Shown here in pieces: positions 1 to 8,737 of a stretch of DNA of 64,000 nt. The DNA lies in IMG/VR virus record IMGVR_UViG_3300042302_000394, positions 124,001-188,000 of that record. One strand, 5' to 3'. The position numbers and the translations under genes are program-made. The notes beneath the pieces are model-generated. The model saw only the letters and a program-made list of their open reading frames with translations. It did not search any database and was not told the origin of the DNA. The first letter of the stretch is position 1. Every line of letters starts with the position of its first letter.

Positions 1-153
1 ATTGTCGTAACCTACTCTATAGTGATCACGAAATTGATTTTTTGGAATATTAGGAATAGGAGGGATTGGATTAATTTTATTTTCCATATTTGTATACCCG
101 TGATTTTGGTTCTCGTCTCTAGAGTTTTTAAAATTTTTAAACCAGTCAAACAT
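1..153 (-). CDS. hypothetical protein, partial (runs off window start)
   Basis: ATG at 153, open to position 1 (MFDWFKNFKNSRDE...HYRVGYDN); co-oriented with neighbours; not in ORF track. Confidence 0.5.
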   Translation of the reverse strand, partial: MFDWFKNFKNSRDENQNHGYTNMENKINPIPPIPNIPKNQFRDHYRVGYDN

Positions 154-222
154 ATTAACGTCCTAGATTATCTTGGTCAGCGGCAGGAATGTCAGACCCA
201 GGCGTTGCCAAATTTATCCAAA

Positions 223-504
223 TTAAGATTCTGGATTAACTACAGAAATACCCTGATTTTGGAAATACATGATTAGAAATCGTTTAGCGGCCTGTGCATC
301 AGATTTGCTTAGATTTTGGATAACTGTTTCAACTCTTACCAATTCTCCTGCTCGAATCTTTTGGTAAGTCTTGCTCATAACATCTAGAGATGCTTGTGCC
401 CAAGACTCGTGAATTTCTACTTTGTTTTCGCCCACGTTTTTGCGGGCGTGAATACCGATTGAGCCGTCTCGGTAGTGACGAATTAATACATTATGTTCTT
501 TCAT
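223..504 (-). CDS. hypothetical protein
   Basis: 93-aa ORF with AAGGAG Shine-Dalgarno upstream. Confidence 0.7.
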   Translation of the reverse strand: MKEHNVLIRHYRDGSIGIHARKNVGENKVEIHESWAQASLDVMSKTYQKIRAGELVRVETVIQNLSKSDAQAAKRFLIMYFQNQGISVVNPES

Positions 505-549
505 ACAATTTCTCCTTGTAAAATGCCGTTTCTCACAGCATAAAATTTA

Positions 550-651
550 TTAACGCTTTTTTGCGGCTCGACGAGCCATTTCGTTTACAGTCTTTGGCTT
601 TGGGGGCTTTTTGCCTTTTAAGATTTGACTGACTTTGCGTGGGCTTGGCAT
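550..651 (-). CDS. basic micropeptide c, 33 aa (MPSPRKVSQILKGKKPPKPKTVNEMARRAAKKR)
   Basis: Translated by hand; ATG 3 nt after stop of peptide b; 12/33 K+R. Confidence 0.7.
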   Translation of the reverse strand: MPSPRKVSQILKGKKPPKPKTVNEMARRAAKKR

Positions 652-654
652 AAG

Positions 655-729
655 TTATTTCCTTTTTTTGACAATTCGACGTGCAGTAGCACGTACTGAT
701 CGAGGATGATGTGCTCTAAATTTAGCCAT
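655..729 (-). CDS. basic micropeptide b, 24 aa (MAKFRAHHPRSVRATARRIVKKRK)
   Basis: ATG overlaps TGA of peptide a (TGATG coupling); 10/24 K+R, no acidic residue. Confidence 0.72.
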   Translation of the reverse strand: MAKFRAHHPRSVRATARRIVKKRK

Positions 730-803
730 CATTTTTTCTTTCTAAGTTGGCGGCGAACTGCAACTTTAATTGGACTTGTTGCCCTATCTGATCTACGTGC
801 CAT
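729..803 (-). CDS. basic micropeptide a, 24 aa (MARRSDRATSPIKVAVRRQLRKKK)
   Basis: AAGGAG SD at 810-815, 6 nt before ATG; TAAATA box at 829-834; 10/24 K+R. Confidence 0.75.
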   Translation of the reverse strand: MARRSDRATSPIKVAVRRQLRKKK

Positions 804-827
804 GATTATCTCCTTGTGTTTAGTGTA

Positions 828-1367
828 TTATTTATTGTTCAAGTTGTCAATGTTTAATTTACCCAAACTTTCTAGGTAGATGATTAACTTTTGTTGCTCA
901 TCTGACGACATATCTTGATAAAGATCAATGATAGTGGCTCTGCGTTCTTTATCCGAATTAGTATTTCCTCTATTTTCATTCAGACGCCTGCATCGGATAC
1001 GTAGATTTCCTGGAACATCCTTGCCGCCGAGACTTTTTGGAACAATATGGTCTAGATTAGGAACATGCAGATAATCTGAGGTAATCAAATTTTTGCCCTT
1101 GCCCCAATCGTAATAATATTCATTTACTCCGTCAGTCCATTTTATTGAATTCTCTTTATGATCTTCAATAAATTGATCTGCTTGCTCTCTAGTCCATTTA
1201 TATTCTTTTGCGTAATAACCGTAGACTGCTAGTTTAAAAAGAATAAACGGGTCGTCATGGTTATCACATACATAGTCATAAAGCTCGCCTGTAAAATAGG
1301 TACCTTCTTCACGCCCAGTAAAGAGGGACCTATTAGTTATAGCCTTGTTGATATCAATGTGGTTCAT
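828..1367 (-). CDS. HNH endonuclease-domain protein
   Basis: LDHIVPKSLGG...NLRIRCRRLNENRGN HNH motif. Confidence 0.8.
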   Translation of the reverse strand: MNHIDINKAITNRSLFTGREEGTYFTGELYDYVCDNHDDPFILFKLAVYGYYAKEYKWTREQADQFIEDHKENSIKWTDGVNEYYYDWGKGKNLITSDYLHVPNLDHIVPKSLGGKDVPGNLRIRCRRLNENRGNTNSDKERRATIIDLYQDMSSDEQQKLIIYLESLGKLNIDNLNNK

Positions 1368-2584
1368 GGCTTCTTAGGAATTGCTTTAAATCCTGCAAGT
1401 GCAACTTCAACATCTTGTCCATTGTAATTAATTGGTGCCCAATTAATTGTAGGATGTACAATTTTGCACAATTTACCAATACCGGCCGCAAGATATCTTG
1501 GCTCGGAGCAGTCTAGAAACTTACCGGCTTTAGCATTATTTTCCAAAAACTCACGAAATACTTTTTTAATATCTAAGTGCATGCCACTACGAACTGGATC
1601 TGTGTACTTGTAAGTAATTGCTTCCTGAATGTTCCAATCCAACTCCATTGAATCAGAGATGGGTCCGTTGTTTTCTTGTTCACGCAAGTATTCCATAATT
1701 CCCCACGCATTTGCAGTAGAGAACGGTGCTTTGGCAAATATAGAACATACTATTCCCACCGCACGTTCGTAGATGTCGGCTCCGTAAACATCGTAGTATT
1801 TTAGCATGTTACCCACGCCTGTACATTCTTTTGGTAACACATTATCCGTGCCTTTACCTTTTTCTACAAATCGACTTCCGTATCGAGCATGAATGTCAAA
1901 CACATGTTCACATTTGATATCTTCGGCAATTAAATCAGTTCGACCTTCTGCCTTACGTACTTGATTTCGTCGAACCTTAATTCGAAACTCGTCAAAAGGG
2001 CTAGCAGACAATGTATGCAGATTGTCTGTTGCATACAGGTCAACGTCTACACTTTCAAAATCACTAACTTTCCATTCTACCGGAACTTCACGTACCCCAA
2101 TAATAATACATGCAAGTGTTCGATGTTGACCATTATTAAGATTGTAAGTACCGTCACTGAGCTGCCGAGCCAGTCCCATTAATACATGACTAGGCTCAAA
2201 TTCAAAGAGGATGTCCTGCAATAGATGGCGTAACTGAATGCCGCGCTGAACAGAATTGTTTTTATATGCCTTGGCAGTGTGAATATAATGAGAAGGGTCG
2301 CGGAAAATTCCCCCATTTGACAAGGACATACACCAGTTAAGGTCAATACCATTTAGTGCCTTGGTATTCTTTAGTATTAACAGAATCTTGTTTGCAACCT
2401 GATAAAAGCTAGGACGTGGGCCAAGGTCGTCTGTTTCTACATATTCCGGTACTTTATCTAAAATAGCCTCTTTCTCAGCAGGAGTGAGTTTAGAAATATG
2501 TTTTCGAGCAGTGCGTGGTCCAAAAATTTGAATTAAGTCTTGCCCAAAATTATCTTTAGGGTCAGCATGTTGATTAAAAGCCAT
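1364..2584 (-). CDS. ParB/Srx-like (DGQHR-type) N-terminal domain protein
   Basis: YNLNNGQHRTLACIIIGVREVPV resembles the ParB/Srx DGQHR motif; start moved to ATG 2584 (AAAGGA SD, downstream of promoter). Confidence 0.6.
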   Translation of the reverse strand: MAFNQHADPKDNFGQDLIQIFGPRTARKHISKLTPAEKEAILDKVPEYVETDDLGPRPSFYQVANKILLILKNTKALNGIDLNWCMSLSNGGIFRDPSHYIHTAKAYKNNSVQRGIQLRHLLQDILFEFEPSHVLMGLARQLSDGTYNLNNGQHRTLACIIIGVREVPVEWKVSDFESVDVDLYATDNLHTLSASPFDEFRIKVRRNQVRKAEGRTDLIAEDIKCEHVFDIHARYGSRFVEKGKGTDNVLPKECTGVGNMLKYYDVYGADIYERAVGIVCSIFAKAPFSTANAWGIMEYLREQENNGPISDSMELDWNIQEAITYKYTDPVRSGMHLDIKKVFREFLENNAKAGKFLDCSEPRYLAAGIGKLCKIVHPTINWAPINYNGQDVEVALAGFKAIPKKP

Positions 2585-2611
2585 ATCAAATCCTTTTGTG
2601 TGTAAGTCTTT

Positions 2612-2640
2612 ATTATACAAGAAAAAACCAGTCCTGTCAA
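2612..2640 (-). promoter_or_regulatory. sigma70-type promoter TTGACA-17-TATAAT
   Basis: Perfect consensus upstream of the ParB-like/HNH pair. Confidence 0.8.
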
Positions 2641-2657
2641 GAACTGGTTTATCCAAA

Positions 2658-3188
2658 TTATCTAGGACGGATCTTCATTTTACTGTAGATATTTTGGACA
2701 CCTACTGCTTGTCGGATAGCATCTTGCAGAGCATCGTGTTTCCCACCTTTGGGCATGTCCGGATCAAATCCTAGATCAAACAGAGTGCGAGTGTCGCGTA
2801 ACTGCCAATAATTCCACGGCAACGGCTTACCAAGTTGGCGATAGATGTTTTCGATAATTACTAAGTCAAAGGTAGCACCGTGTGACCAAAATGCATCACA
2901 TCCCCAAGCAAACTTGTGAAACTGGTCCATTGCATCCGCAAGTGGAATTCGATTGTCTGGACTAAAGGCTTCTTCCATAATAACCGGATCTTGTTTACTC
3001 CACCAATCTAGTGTGTTTGGGTCAATTTCTCTACCCAATTTATCTTGGTCGTCGAGGTCAACACGGAAATAAATCTTCTCTCCATATCCGTTGCCCCAGG
3101 GATTAAAGTGTACAGCGCCTAAACTAAGGACAACTGCGTTTGGGGAGACAGCCATAGTCTCCATATCAATCATTAAGTGTTTTGCCAT
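2658..3188 (-). CDS. 3'-5' exoribonuclease (DEDDh, Rv2179c/RNase AS-like)
   Basis: HLMIDMETM, WSHGATFDLVII, RDTRT, HDALQDA motifs; start moved to ATG 3188. Confidence 0.8.
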   Translation of the reverse strand: MAKHLMIDMETMAVSPNAVVLSLGAVHFNPWGNGYGEKIYFRVDLDDQDKLGREIDPNTLDWWSKQDPVIMEEAFSPDNRIPLADAMDQFHKFAWGCDAFWSHGATFDLVIIENIYRQLGKPLPWNYWQLRDTRTLFDLGFDPDMPKGGKHDALQDAIRQAVGVQNIYSKMKIRPR

Positions 3189-3194
3189 ACTGTA

Positions 3195-3223
3195 AGTATA
3201 ACACACTTAATGATCTTTGTCAA
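3195..3223 (-). promoter_or_regulatory. sigma70-type promoter TTGACA-17-TATACT
   Basis: -10 ends 6 nt before ATG 3188, so the transcript is probably leaderless. Confidence 0.65.
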
Positions 3224-3453
3224 TACATTTTTTTAGGTAGTTCGTTATCGCGTAGTTTCTTTTGCCAACGAGATTTAGCTGCGCCTTTTTTTCGCTTTCT
3301 TTCGGTAGTTGGTTTTTCGTAAAACATTTTAGATCGGAGTGTTTCTAGTACTCCACTATCTTCTACCTTTTGTTTGAATTTTCTTAATGCCACATTTAAT
3401 GGCAAGTCGCCAACGATAACTTTATTACCGACTGCTTTATTTTGTTTGCTCAT
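3220..3453 (-). CDS. rpsU: 30S ribosomal protein bS21
   Basis: ALRKFKQKV...GVLETLRSKMFYEKPTTERKRKK signature; start overlaps clpX end. Confidence 0.9.
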   Translation of the reverse strand: MSKQNKAVGNKVIVGDLPLNVALRKFKQKVEDSGVLETLRSKMFYEKPTTERKRKKGAAKSRWQKKLRDNELPKKMY

Positions 3454-4666
3454 TTTTCTTTTTATCAAAAATCATTATGGCAGGTTTGCCATCAATCGTA
3501 TCTTTACTTATGCGAATAGCTGTTAAACCTCGAGCAACTAAGTCAACTGCATCAAATTGATATGGCAGCAATGTTTTTTCGATGATGTTTTTAAGTCCCC
3601 TAGCATTAGTTTTGAGATCTTTGGCTTTACGGGCAATTTCTTTTAGAGCTTGAATTTCAAATTCTAATTTAATACCATCTAACTCAAACATATACTGATA
3701 TTGTTTAACTGGGCTATTTTTAGTTTCAGTAAGGATATTGACTAGTTGATCCTCTGACAATTCGTCTACATTAGTAATAAGCCCAAATCGTCCTACAAAC
3801 TCGGGAATAAGACCGTATTTGATAAGATCTTTTGTACTGATGTCTTGTAGAACACTTGCGTCTTCGTCGATGTTGTCTACATTTGCATGGAATCCGACTG
3901 ACTTTGCACCCTTACGCTGTTTAATGATTTTGTCCAAGCCTACAAATGCTCCACCGCATATAAACAATATACCCCTAGTGTCAATTTCCTGCATATCACT
4001 TCCGGGATGTTTTCGTTTACCAGTCGATGGCACTCGCATAATCGATCCCTCGATCATTTTCAACAAGGCCTGTTGTACACCTTCTCCACTAACATCTCGG
4101 CTAATACTAACATTTTCGCCCTTCTTGGAAATTTTATCAATTTCGTCAATGTAGACAATGCCACGAGCCGCTTTATCAAGATCACCATCTGCTTCGTTGA
4201 TTAATCTTGTTAAAATGCTCTCAACATCATCACCGACATAACCTGCTTCTGTAATACCTGTGGCATCACATATGGCAAAAGGTAATTCTAAATATTGTGC
4301 AATTTTACGTGCCATCATGGTCTTACCGCAGCCCGTGGGTCCTAACAATAACACGTTGGTTTTCTCGAGCTCAATATCTTTACTAGGATTATTGATGCGT
4401 TTGTAATGCTGACTAACTGCAACACTAAGGCTAATTTTAGCATCATCCTGTCCTATAACGTACTCGTCAAGATAGTCTTTGATAGCAACAGGATTTAGAA
4501 GTTTAGAAGGTTCAGCAACTTTTTCTTTTTTGTCTTTTAGTATATCGACACAAAGGTCTACGCACTCGTTACAAATAGCCGCATGTTCACCTACGATCAG
4601 TTTCTCGACATCTTCTTTGCTCTTTCCGCAGAAGTCACAAGAGTGATCACTTTCTGTTTTGTTCAT
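3437..4666 (-). CDS. clpX: ATP-dependent Clp protease ATP-binding subunit ClpX
   Basis: C4 zinc finger, GPTGCGKT Walker A, GYVG pore loop, IVYIDEIDK Walker B, RDVSGEGVQQALLK, RKH loop, VGF (IGF-like) loop. Confidence 0.95.
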   Translation of the reverse strand: MNKTESDHSCDFCGKSKEDVEKLIVGEHAAICNECVDLCVDILKDKKEKVAEPSKLLNPVAIKDYLDEYVIGQDDAKISLSVAVSQHYKRINNPSKDIELEKTNVLLLGPTGCGKTMMARKIAQYLELPFAICDATGITEAGYVGDDVESILTRLINEADGDLDKAARGIVYIDEIDKISKKGENVSISRDVSGEGVQQALLKMIEGSIMRVPSTGKRKHPGSDMQEIDTRGILFICGGAFVGLDKIIKQRKGAKSVGFHANVDNIDEDASVLQDISTKDLIKYGLIPEFVGRFGLITNVDELSEDQLVNILTETKNSPVKQYQYMFELDGIKLEFEIQALKEIARKAKDLKTNARGLKNIIEKTLLPYQFDAVDLVARGLTAIRISKDTIDGKPAIMIFDKKKNEQTK

Positions 4667-5048
4667 TGAATGCCTTTTCTAAAAATGTTTCAATATTAGT
4701 TATCCGATCTTGGTTTATGTAGTGATAAACTGCGGACAGGCTTTCATCATCAACTTTATAGAATGTATTCTTTTTCCCTACAATGTATCCACTGAGTGAT
4801 CGAGTGACATCATTAACTTCGTTGAGATCGATGTATTTGTAATCGCATCTAGCCAACGCATGAAAGAGCCAAGGTAAATCTATTTCGTGATCGTAGAAGT
4901 ATACATTAATATGTTCTTCGATGTCTGATTCAGCTAACCATTTACTAACTAATTGTTGATCGGAATCGCTTAGATGCATAAACAGTACACTATACGAATC
5001 ATTTTCAAAAATGTCGGGAGGGGTGATGAGTGTAATTTTTCCGTTCAT
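4647..5048 (-). CDS. hypothetical protein
   Basis: 133-aa ORF overlapping both neighbours in an operon. Confidence 0.75.
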   Translation of the reverse strand: MNGKITLITPPDIFENDSYSVLFMHLSDSDQQLVSKWLAESDIEEHINVYFYDHEIDLPWLFHALARCDYKYIDLNEVNDVTRSLSGYIVGKKNTFYKVDDESLSAVYHYINQDRITNIETFLEKAFNEQNRK

Positions 5049-6322
5049 TATCTTCTCGCTCTGATATCTAATAAAAGATGTTCTGGAATATCTGCCATTG
5101 TAATTTCTTTGTTTCTAAGTTTTGTCAACCACTCGTTAAGTGTTGCTTCCTGTCTGCTAATTTCTGTATATTCTTCCTGACTAATAGCTTTAGCTGTTTT
5201 AGTCCATAGGCCACTATTTGACTGTTCTTCGTTTTGAACAAATAGCGGTTCTTCTAGAACCTGTAATTCTGTTTCGGGCGCAACTGCTGAGCGATCATTC
5301 ATTCTTTCTAGTTCGGGCTTATACACCATAGGTGCTAGATCTTTGAAATGTACAAACGGCTCTAACAGATAAGGATGGTGTGCTAAAATAGATGTGACAG
5401 TGGTTGCCGTGGAGACTACGTCATCAATCGGACCTGTTGGGCTGTCACCCTCCGTAGTCTCTTGTTGTTCTGTAACAGTAGGCGGCTCTGGGTCTACGAC
5501 CTCGGTGGTCCCTCCGGGGCTGTTACCCTCCACTAATTCCTTTTTACGGTCACGGAAATTCTGGAAACTGATCTGACTAGCTAACAATAAGATAACTGCC
5601 AACGGATCAAATACCACAATAAGAACAATAATTACCCATGTAACTGCTTTTTCCAAAATTGTAGGATCTGTTTCACCGTAGACAAACTGTGCAATATATT
5701 TTATCGGACCAACTTCTGCTTCAACCTTGCGTACTTCGGCTGCAATTGGCGCACGTTCTTCGCTAATAGAGGTAATAGTTTTCTGTTCGGCTTGGATCTC
5801 AGATTGAAGGCGGGCACGCTCTTTTTGTTGTGCGCGGCGTATAGCAACTGCCTTGTCGGCACCCGTTTCCGAACTGCTTCTTGCCATGACTTGGTCCACA
5901 GCCTCATCCATCTGTTTAAGCGCCTTACGGTTTGCATCTATATTTTCCTTTGCGGTTTTTATCTTTTCATCGTAGACTGCAATCTTACTCTGCACGTCAC
6001 CCGACACTAAACTTTGGTCACTGTGAGCCTGGCTGAGGAATCCAAAAATTCCCATCGAAGTAACGCCCATGAGAACAGCAATGGCAGTCAGCAGGTATGT
6101 TCTAACTAACCAGTGTGCAATTTTCCAATTTTGTTTGAGCCAAAGAGTAGCAGCAATCTTACCAATGCCCAATACAATGCCCATAATGATTACGGGAATT
6201 TGGGCGGCGGCAAAGATTGCAGTAAAGCCGATGATACTGTAGAATTCGGCGACTAGGCTGATAGCGAGACCGCTAAACAGTGCAAGATAGGCTATTAGTT
6301 TTTCATTTAATGTTACAGGCAT
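5048..6322 (-). CDS. membrane-anchored coiled-coil protein
   Basis: N-terminal hydrophobic helices, long coiled coil, further TM segment, acidic tail; TAAATA box 6 nt upstream. Confidence 0.75.
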   Translation of the reverse strand: MPVTLNEKLIAYLALFSGLAISLVAEFYSIIGFTAIFAAAQIPVIIMGIVLGIGKIAATLWLKQNWKIAHWLVRTYLLTAIAVLMGVTSMGIFGFLSQAHSDQSLVSGDVQSKIAVYDEKIKTAKENIDANRKALKQMDEAVDQVMARSSSETGADKAVAIRRAQQKERARLQSEIQAEQKTITSISEERAPIAAEVRKVEAEVGPIKYIAQFVYGETDPTILEKAVTWVIIVLIVVFDPLAVILLLASQISFQNFRDRKKELVEGNSPGGTTEVVDPEPPTVTEQQETTEGDSPTGPIDDVVSTATTVTSILAHHPYLLEPFVHFKDLAPMVYKPELERMNDRSAVAPETELQVLEEPLFVQNEEQSNSGLWTKTAKAISQEEYTEISRQEATLNEWLTKLRNKEITMADIPEHLLLDIRARR

Positions 6323-6331
6323 AGATGATAT

Positions 6332-6724
6332 TTATCGACGCATGTTGGCAATGGCCACAGCTTCCTCATCGCTAAAAATAGGCACAGCATTGCTCTTATG
6401 CATAGTACCGATACCTTTAATTTTAGTGCCTGTATAGACCTTAGCTGGTGCCAGTGCGGCAACGCCTGCTCCGGAATTTAAACTTTTGATGTGATGAGTA
6501 TTTGTCCTACCAACAGGTGTCGGTAATGAATATGACAATGTCTCTGCACTCATTGCTCGTTTACGCTTTTTGTCCTCTGCCTCTACTCCCCATTTCTTTT
6601 GGAGGGTGTTCCATTGCTCATCGAGCTCACGTGCCTTACGTGCTTCTTCAGCATTACGGAATTTGACTTTGCCCTTCTTCTTGCCGTTAAGACTAAGGCT
6701 AGGGTGATGCAGATGCATTGACAT
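6332..6724 (-). CDS. conserved phage hypothetical protein
   Basis: C-terminal YTGTKIKGIGTMHKSNAVPIFS motif recalled from T4-like phage hypotheticals. Confidence 0.7.
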   Translation of the reverse strand: MSMHLHHPSLSLNGKKKGKVKFRNAEEARKARELDEQWNTLQKKWGVEAEDKKRKRAMSAETLSYSLPTPVGRTNTHHIKSLNSGAGVAALAPAKVYTGTKIKGIGTMHKSNAVPIFSDEEAVAIANMRR

Positions 6725-7056
6725 TATGCAAGCTCAGTTTGAGGGAAGTTGATAGGATTGGCAGTATTTGATGCATGTGACTCAAATGTCTTTTGAACCT
6801 TGCTAGGGATACCTGTAAATCGTGCTACAGTACCATTGGGATTAATTTTAAGCGAACCGGCTACTACCCAAATTTGTTTGCCAGCTGGGTCAATACCTGC
6901 TAACTTTCGTACTACACCGTTAATCAATCCAGTTGCGGTATCCTTGCCTCTGTTCCATTGATATGTAGTATCTTTATTAAACCAAATCTGTTCATCTTTA
7001 GATTGGGCAATGCACCAAAGTTTCAATTGTGTAAGTGTATGTTCAGCATTATTCAT
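6724..7056 (-). CDS. hypothetical protein
   Basis: 110-aa ORF with GGAGG SD and TTGCAA-17-TATAGT promoter at 7087-7115. Confidence 0.75.
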   Translation of the reverse strand: MNNAEHTLTQLKLWCIAQSKDEQIWFNKDTTYQWNRGKDTATGLINGVVRKLAGIDPAGKQIWVVAGSLKINPNGTVARFTGIPSKVQKTFESHASNTANPINFPQTELA

Positions 7057-7130
7057 AGAACCTCCTAATGTGTATGTCTATGCACTACTATACAACAAAA
7101 CTGGTTTTATTGCAACCGAAAATTTTACCA

Positions 7131-7152
7131 AAAGAAAAGCACCCGAAGGTGC
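7131..7152 (-). terminator. intrinsic terminator after pstS
   Basis: GCACC-TTCG-GGTGC followed by TTTTCTTTT. Confidence 0.75.
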
Positions 7153-7199
7153 CAGTGCTGACTACTTATCACATTATACGCCGTCAGCCGGCGAGTATC

Positions 7200-8204
7200 T
7201 TATTTGATCTGTGTCCAAACACGTTCACGGATCTGCTTTGTCAAGCTGTCAGGCAATGCCACATAGTCTAGGTCGGCAGCATCTTTCTTACCATTCTTGA
7301 ATGCCCAATCAAAGAACTTTAATACTTCGTCACTAGTAGCTTTGTTAGCAGGAGTTTTGTACATGATGATAAAACTTGCTGAACTCACTGGCCATGCATT
7401 GGGATTCTTTTGATCCACGATGCTAAGTCCCATACCTGGAACACTGAACCAATCAGCACCATCTGCTGCGGCAGCAAATGTCAAGTCGTCCGGGCTTACA
7501 TACTTGCCACTCTTGTTTTGTAGTTGCAGGAATGTCATGTTGTTTTTCTTAACATAAGCATACTCTACATAACCAATTGAACCTTTGATTCTGTTCACAT
7601 TGGCAGCAACACCTTCATTGCCCTTGCCACCTACTGAAGTGGCTGCTGGCCACTTGACTGCGGCGCCACGACCCACACGTTGTAGCCACTCAGGGCTTAC
7701 TGTGGCCAAGTAATCGGTCCAGTTGAATGTTGTACCTGAACCATCAGCACGATGAACAATGGTGATGTTCTCGTTAGGTAGGTTCTTGCCTGGATTTAAT
7801 GCAGCCAGTTTAGGGTCATTCCACTTGGTGATGTTGCCCATAAACACTTCAGCCATAACTGGACCAGTGATGCGTAGTTCTCCGGGTTTGAATCCGTCTA
7901 AGTTTACCACAGGAACTGTGCCGCCAATGATAGCAGGAAATTGAACCTGTCCGTTCTTGTCCAAGTTCTCACCGCTTACCGGAGCATCTGTTGCACCAAA
8001 GTCAACGGTCTTTGCATTGATTTGACGAATGCCACCCGAACTTCCGATGCTTTGATAGTTCATGCCTGTACCTGTGGCTTTTTTGTAGCCTTCAGCCCAC
8101 TTGGCATAGATTGGGAATGGGAAGGTAGCTCCGGCACCTGTAATGTCTGCGGCTTGTGCTGACACTGCTACGGCTGCAAATAGAATAGCAAATAATTTTT
8201 TCAC
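7200..8204 (-). CDS. pstS: phosphate ABC transporter substrate-binding protein PstS
   Basis: Signal peptide, GAGATFP, YQSIGSSGG, VDFGATD, HRADGSGTT; start moved to GTG 8204 with AAGGAG SD. Confidence 0.95.
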   Translation of the reverse strand: MKKLFAILFAAVAVSAQAADITGAGATFPFPIYAKWAEGYKKATGTGMNYQSIGSSGGIRQINAKTVDFGATDAPVSGENLDKNGQVQFPAIIGGTVPVVNLDGFKPGELRITGPVMAEVFMGNITKWNDPKLAALNPGKNLPNENITIVHRADGSGTTFNWTDYLATVSPEWLQRVGRGAAVKWPAATSVGGKGNEGVAANVNRIKGSIGYVEYAYVKKNNMTFLQLQNKSGKYVSPDDLTFAAAADGADWFSVPGMGLSIVDQKNPNAWPVSSASFIIMYKTPANKATSDEVLKFFDWAFKNGKKDAADLDYVALPDSLTKQIRERVWTQIK

Positions 8205-8250
8205 TGTAAGTCTCCTTGTGTTTGTGATATTAATATTTAAACACAAAACG

Positions 8251-8268
8251 ATTACAATATGATTACAA
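8251..8268 (-). promoter_or_regulatory. putative Pho box
   Basis: TTGTAAT-N4-TTGTAAT direct repeat with 11-bp period upstream of pstS. Confidence 0.6.
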
Positions 8269-8286
8269 TTTTAAGAAATTTTTGCC

Positions 8287-8312
8287 AAAAAGAAACCCGC
8301 CGAAGCGGGTTC
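8287..8312 (-). terminator. intrinsic terminator after tmRNA
   Basis: GAACCCGC-TTCG-GCGGGTTTC followed by T-run. Confidence 0.85.
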
Positions 8313-8731
8313 TGCTATTTTGGGTGACAAGGTATAACTACCTCGTGGAGATCACGCTGCTAGGCGGTCTTCTCCAAAGTATGCATCGTTTGCATTTAGG
8401 TTTTTTGCTTCTGCGACCGGGTCACCCCAATCCTAACGGCTTCTACATTGCCGGACTGTCCATTTCAATACTCTTGACCCAATCGATCCTGTGTCAGGCC
8501 CATTATAAAACATACTCACCCGAATGGACATTGTCACCTCCGCCTACTGTCGGAAATATGTTTTATGGTGGACCTGGCGGGCACTGCCCCCGCGTCTTGA
8601 ATCCTTTTCTGTCTACTTCATACAGTCTTAACTTTTAACAGACTTCCCAGGGTGTGTTTGGCCTCTGCTAAGCCTGCAGGAATCTCACCTACTGCATATC
8701 TGCTACGCAAACTTGCCCCTGCGAAAGTCTA
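8313..8731 (-). ncRNA. ssrA: circularly permuted (two-piece) tmRNA; tag (A)ANDAYFGEDRLAA at 8352-8393
   Basis: T-arm, CAGGUCC-A-CCA end (8593-8566) upstream of 5' GGGCCUG (8501); G3-U70 alanine pair; P2 pairings; tag ORF ending LAA. Confidence 0.92.
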
Positions 8732-8737
8732 TTATTT

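Noticed and set aside
22-276. Plus-strand 84-aa ORF
   Set aside because: GTG start, antisense to two minus-strand genes that fit the local orientation
2585-2656. TTG-start extension of the ParB-like ORF
   Set aside because: It contains the consensus promoter; ATG 2584 has an SD
8566-8600. tRNA-Ala gene or fragment
   Set aside because: No anticodon or D arm upstream; the matching 5' acceptor strand lies downstream and is followed by a tag ORF, which indicates permuted tmRNA
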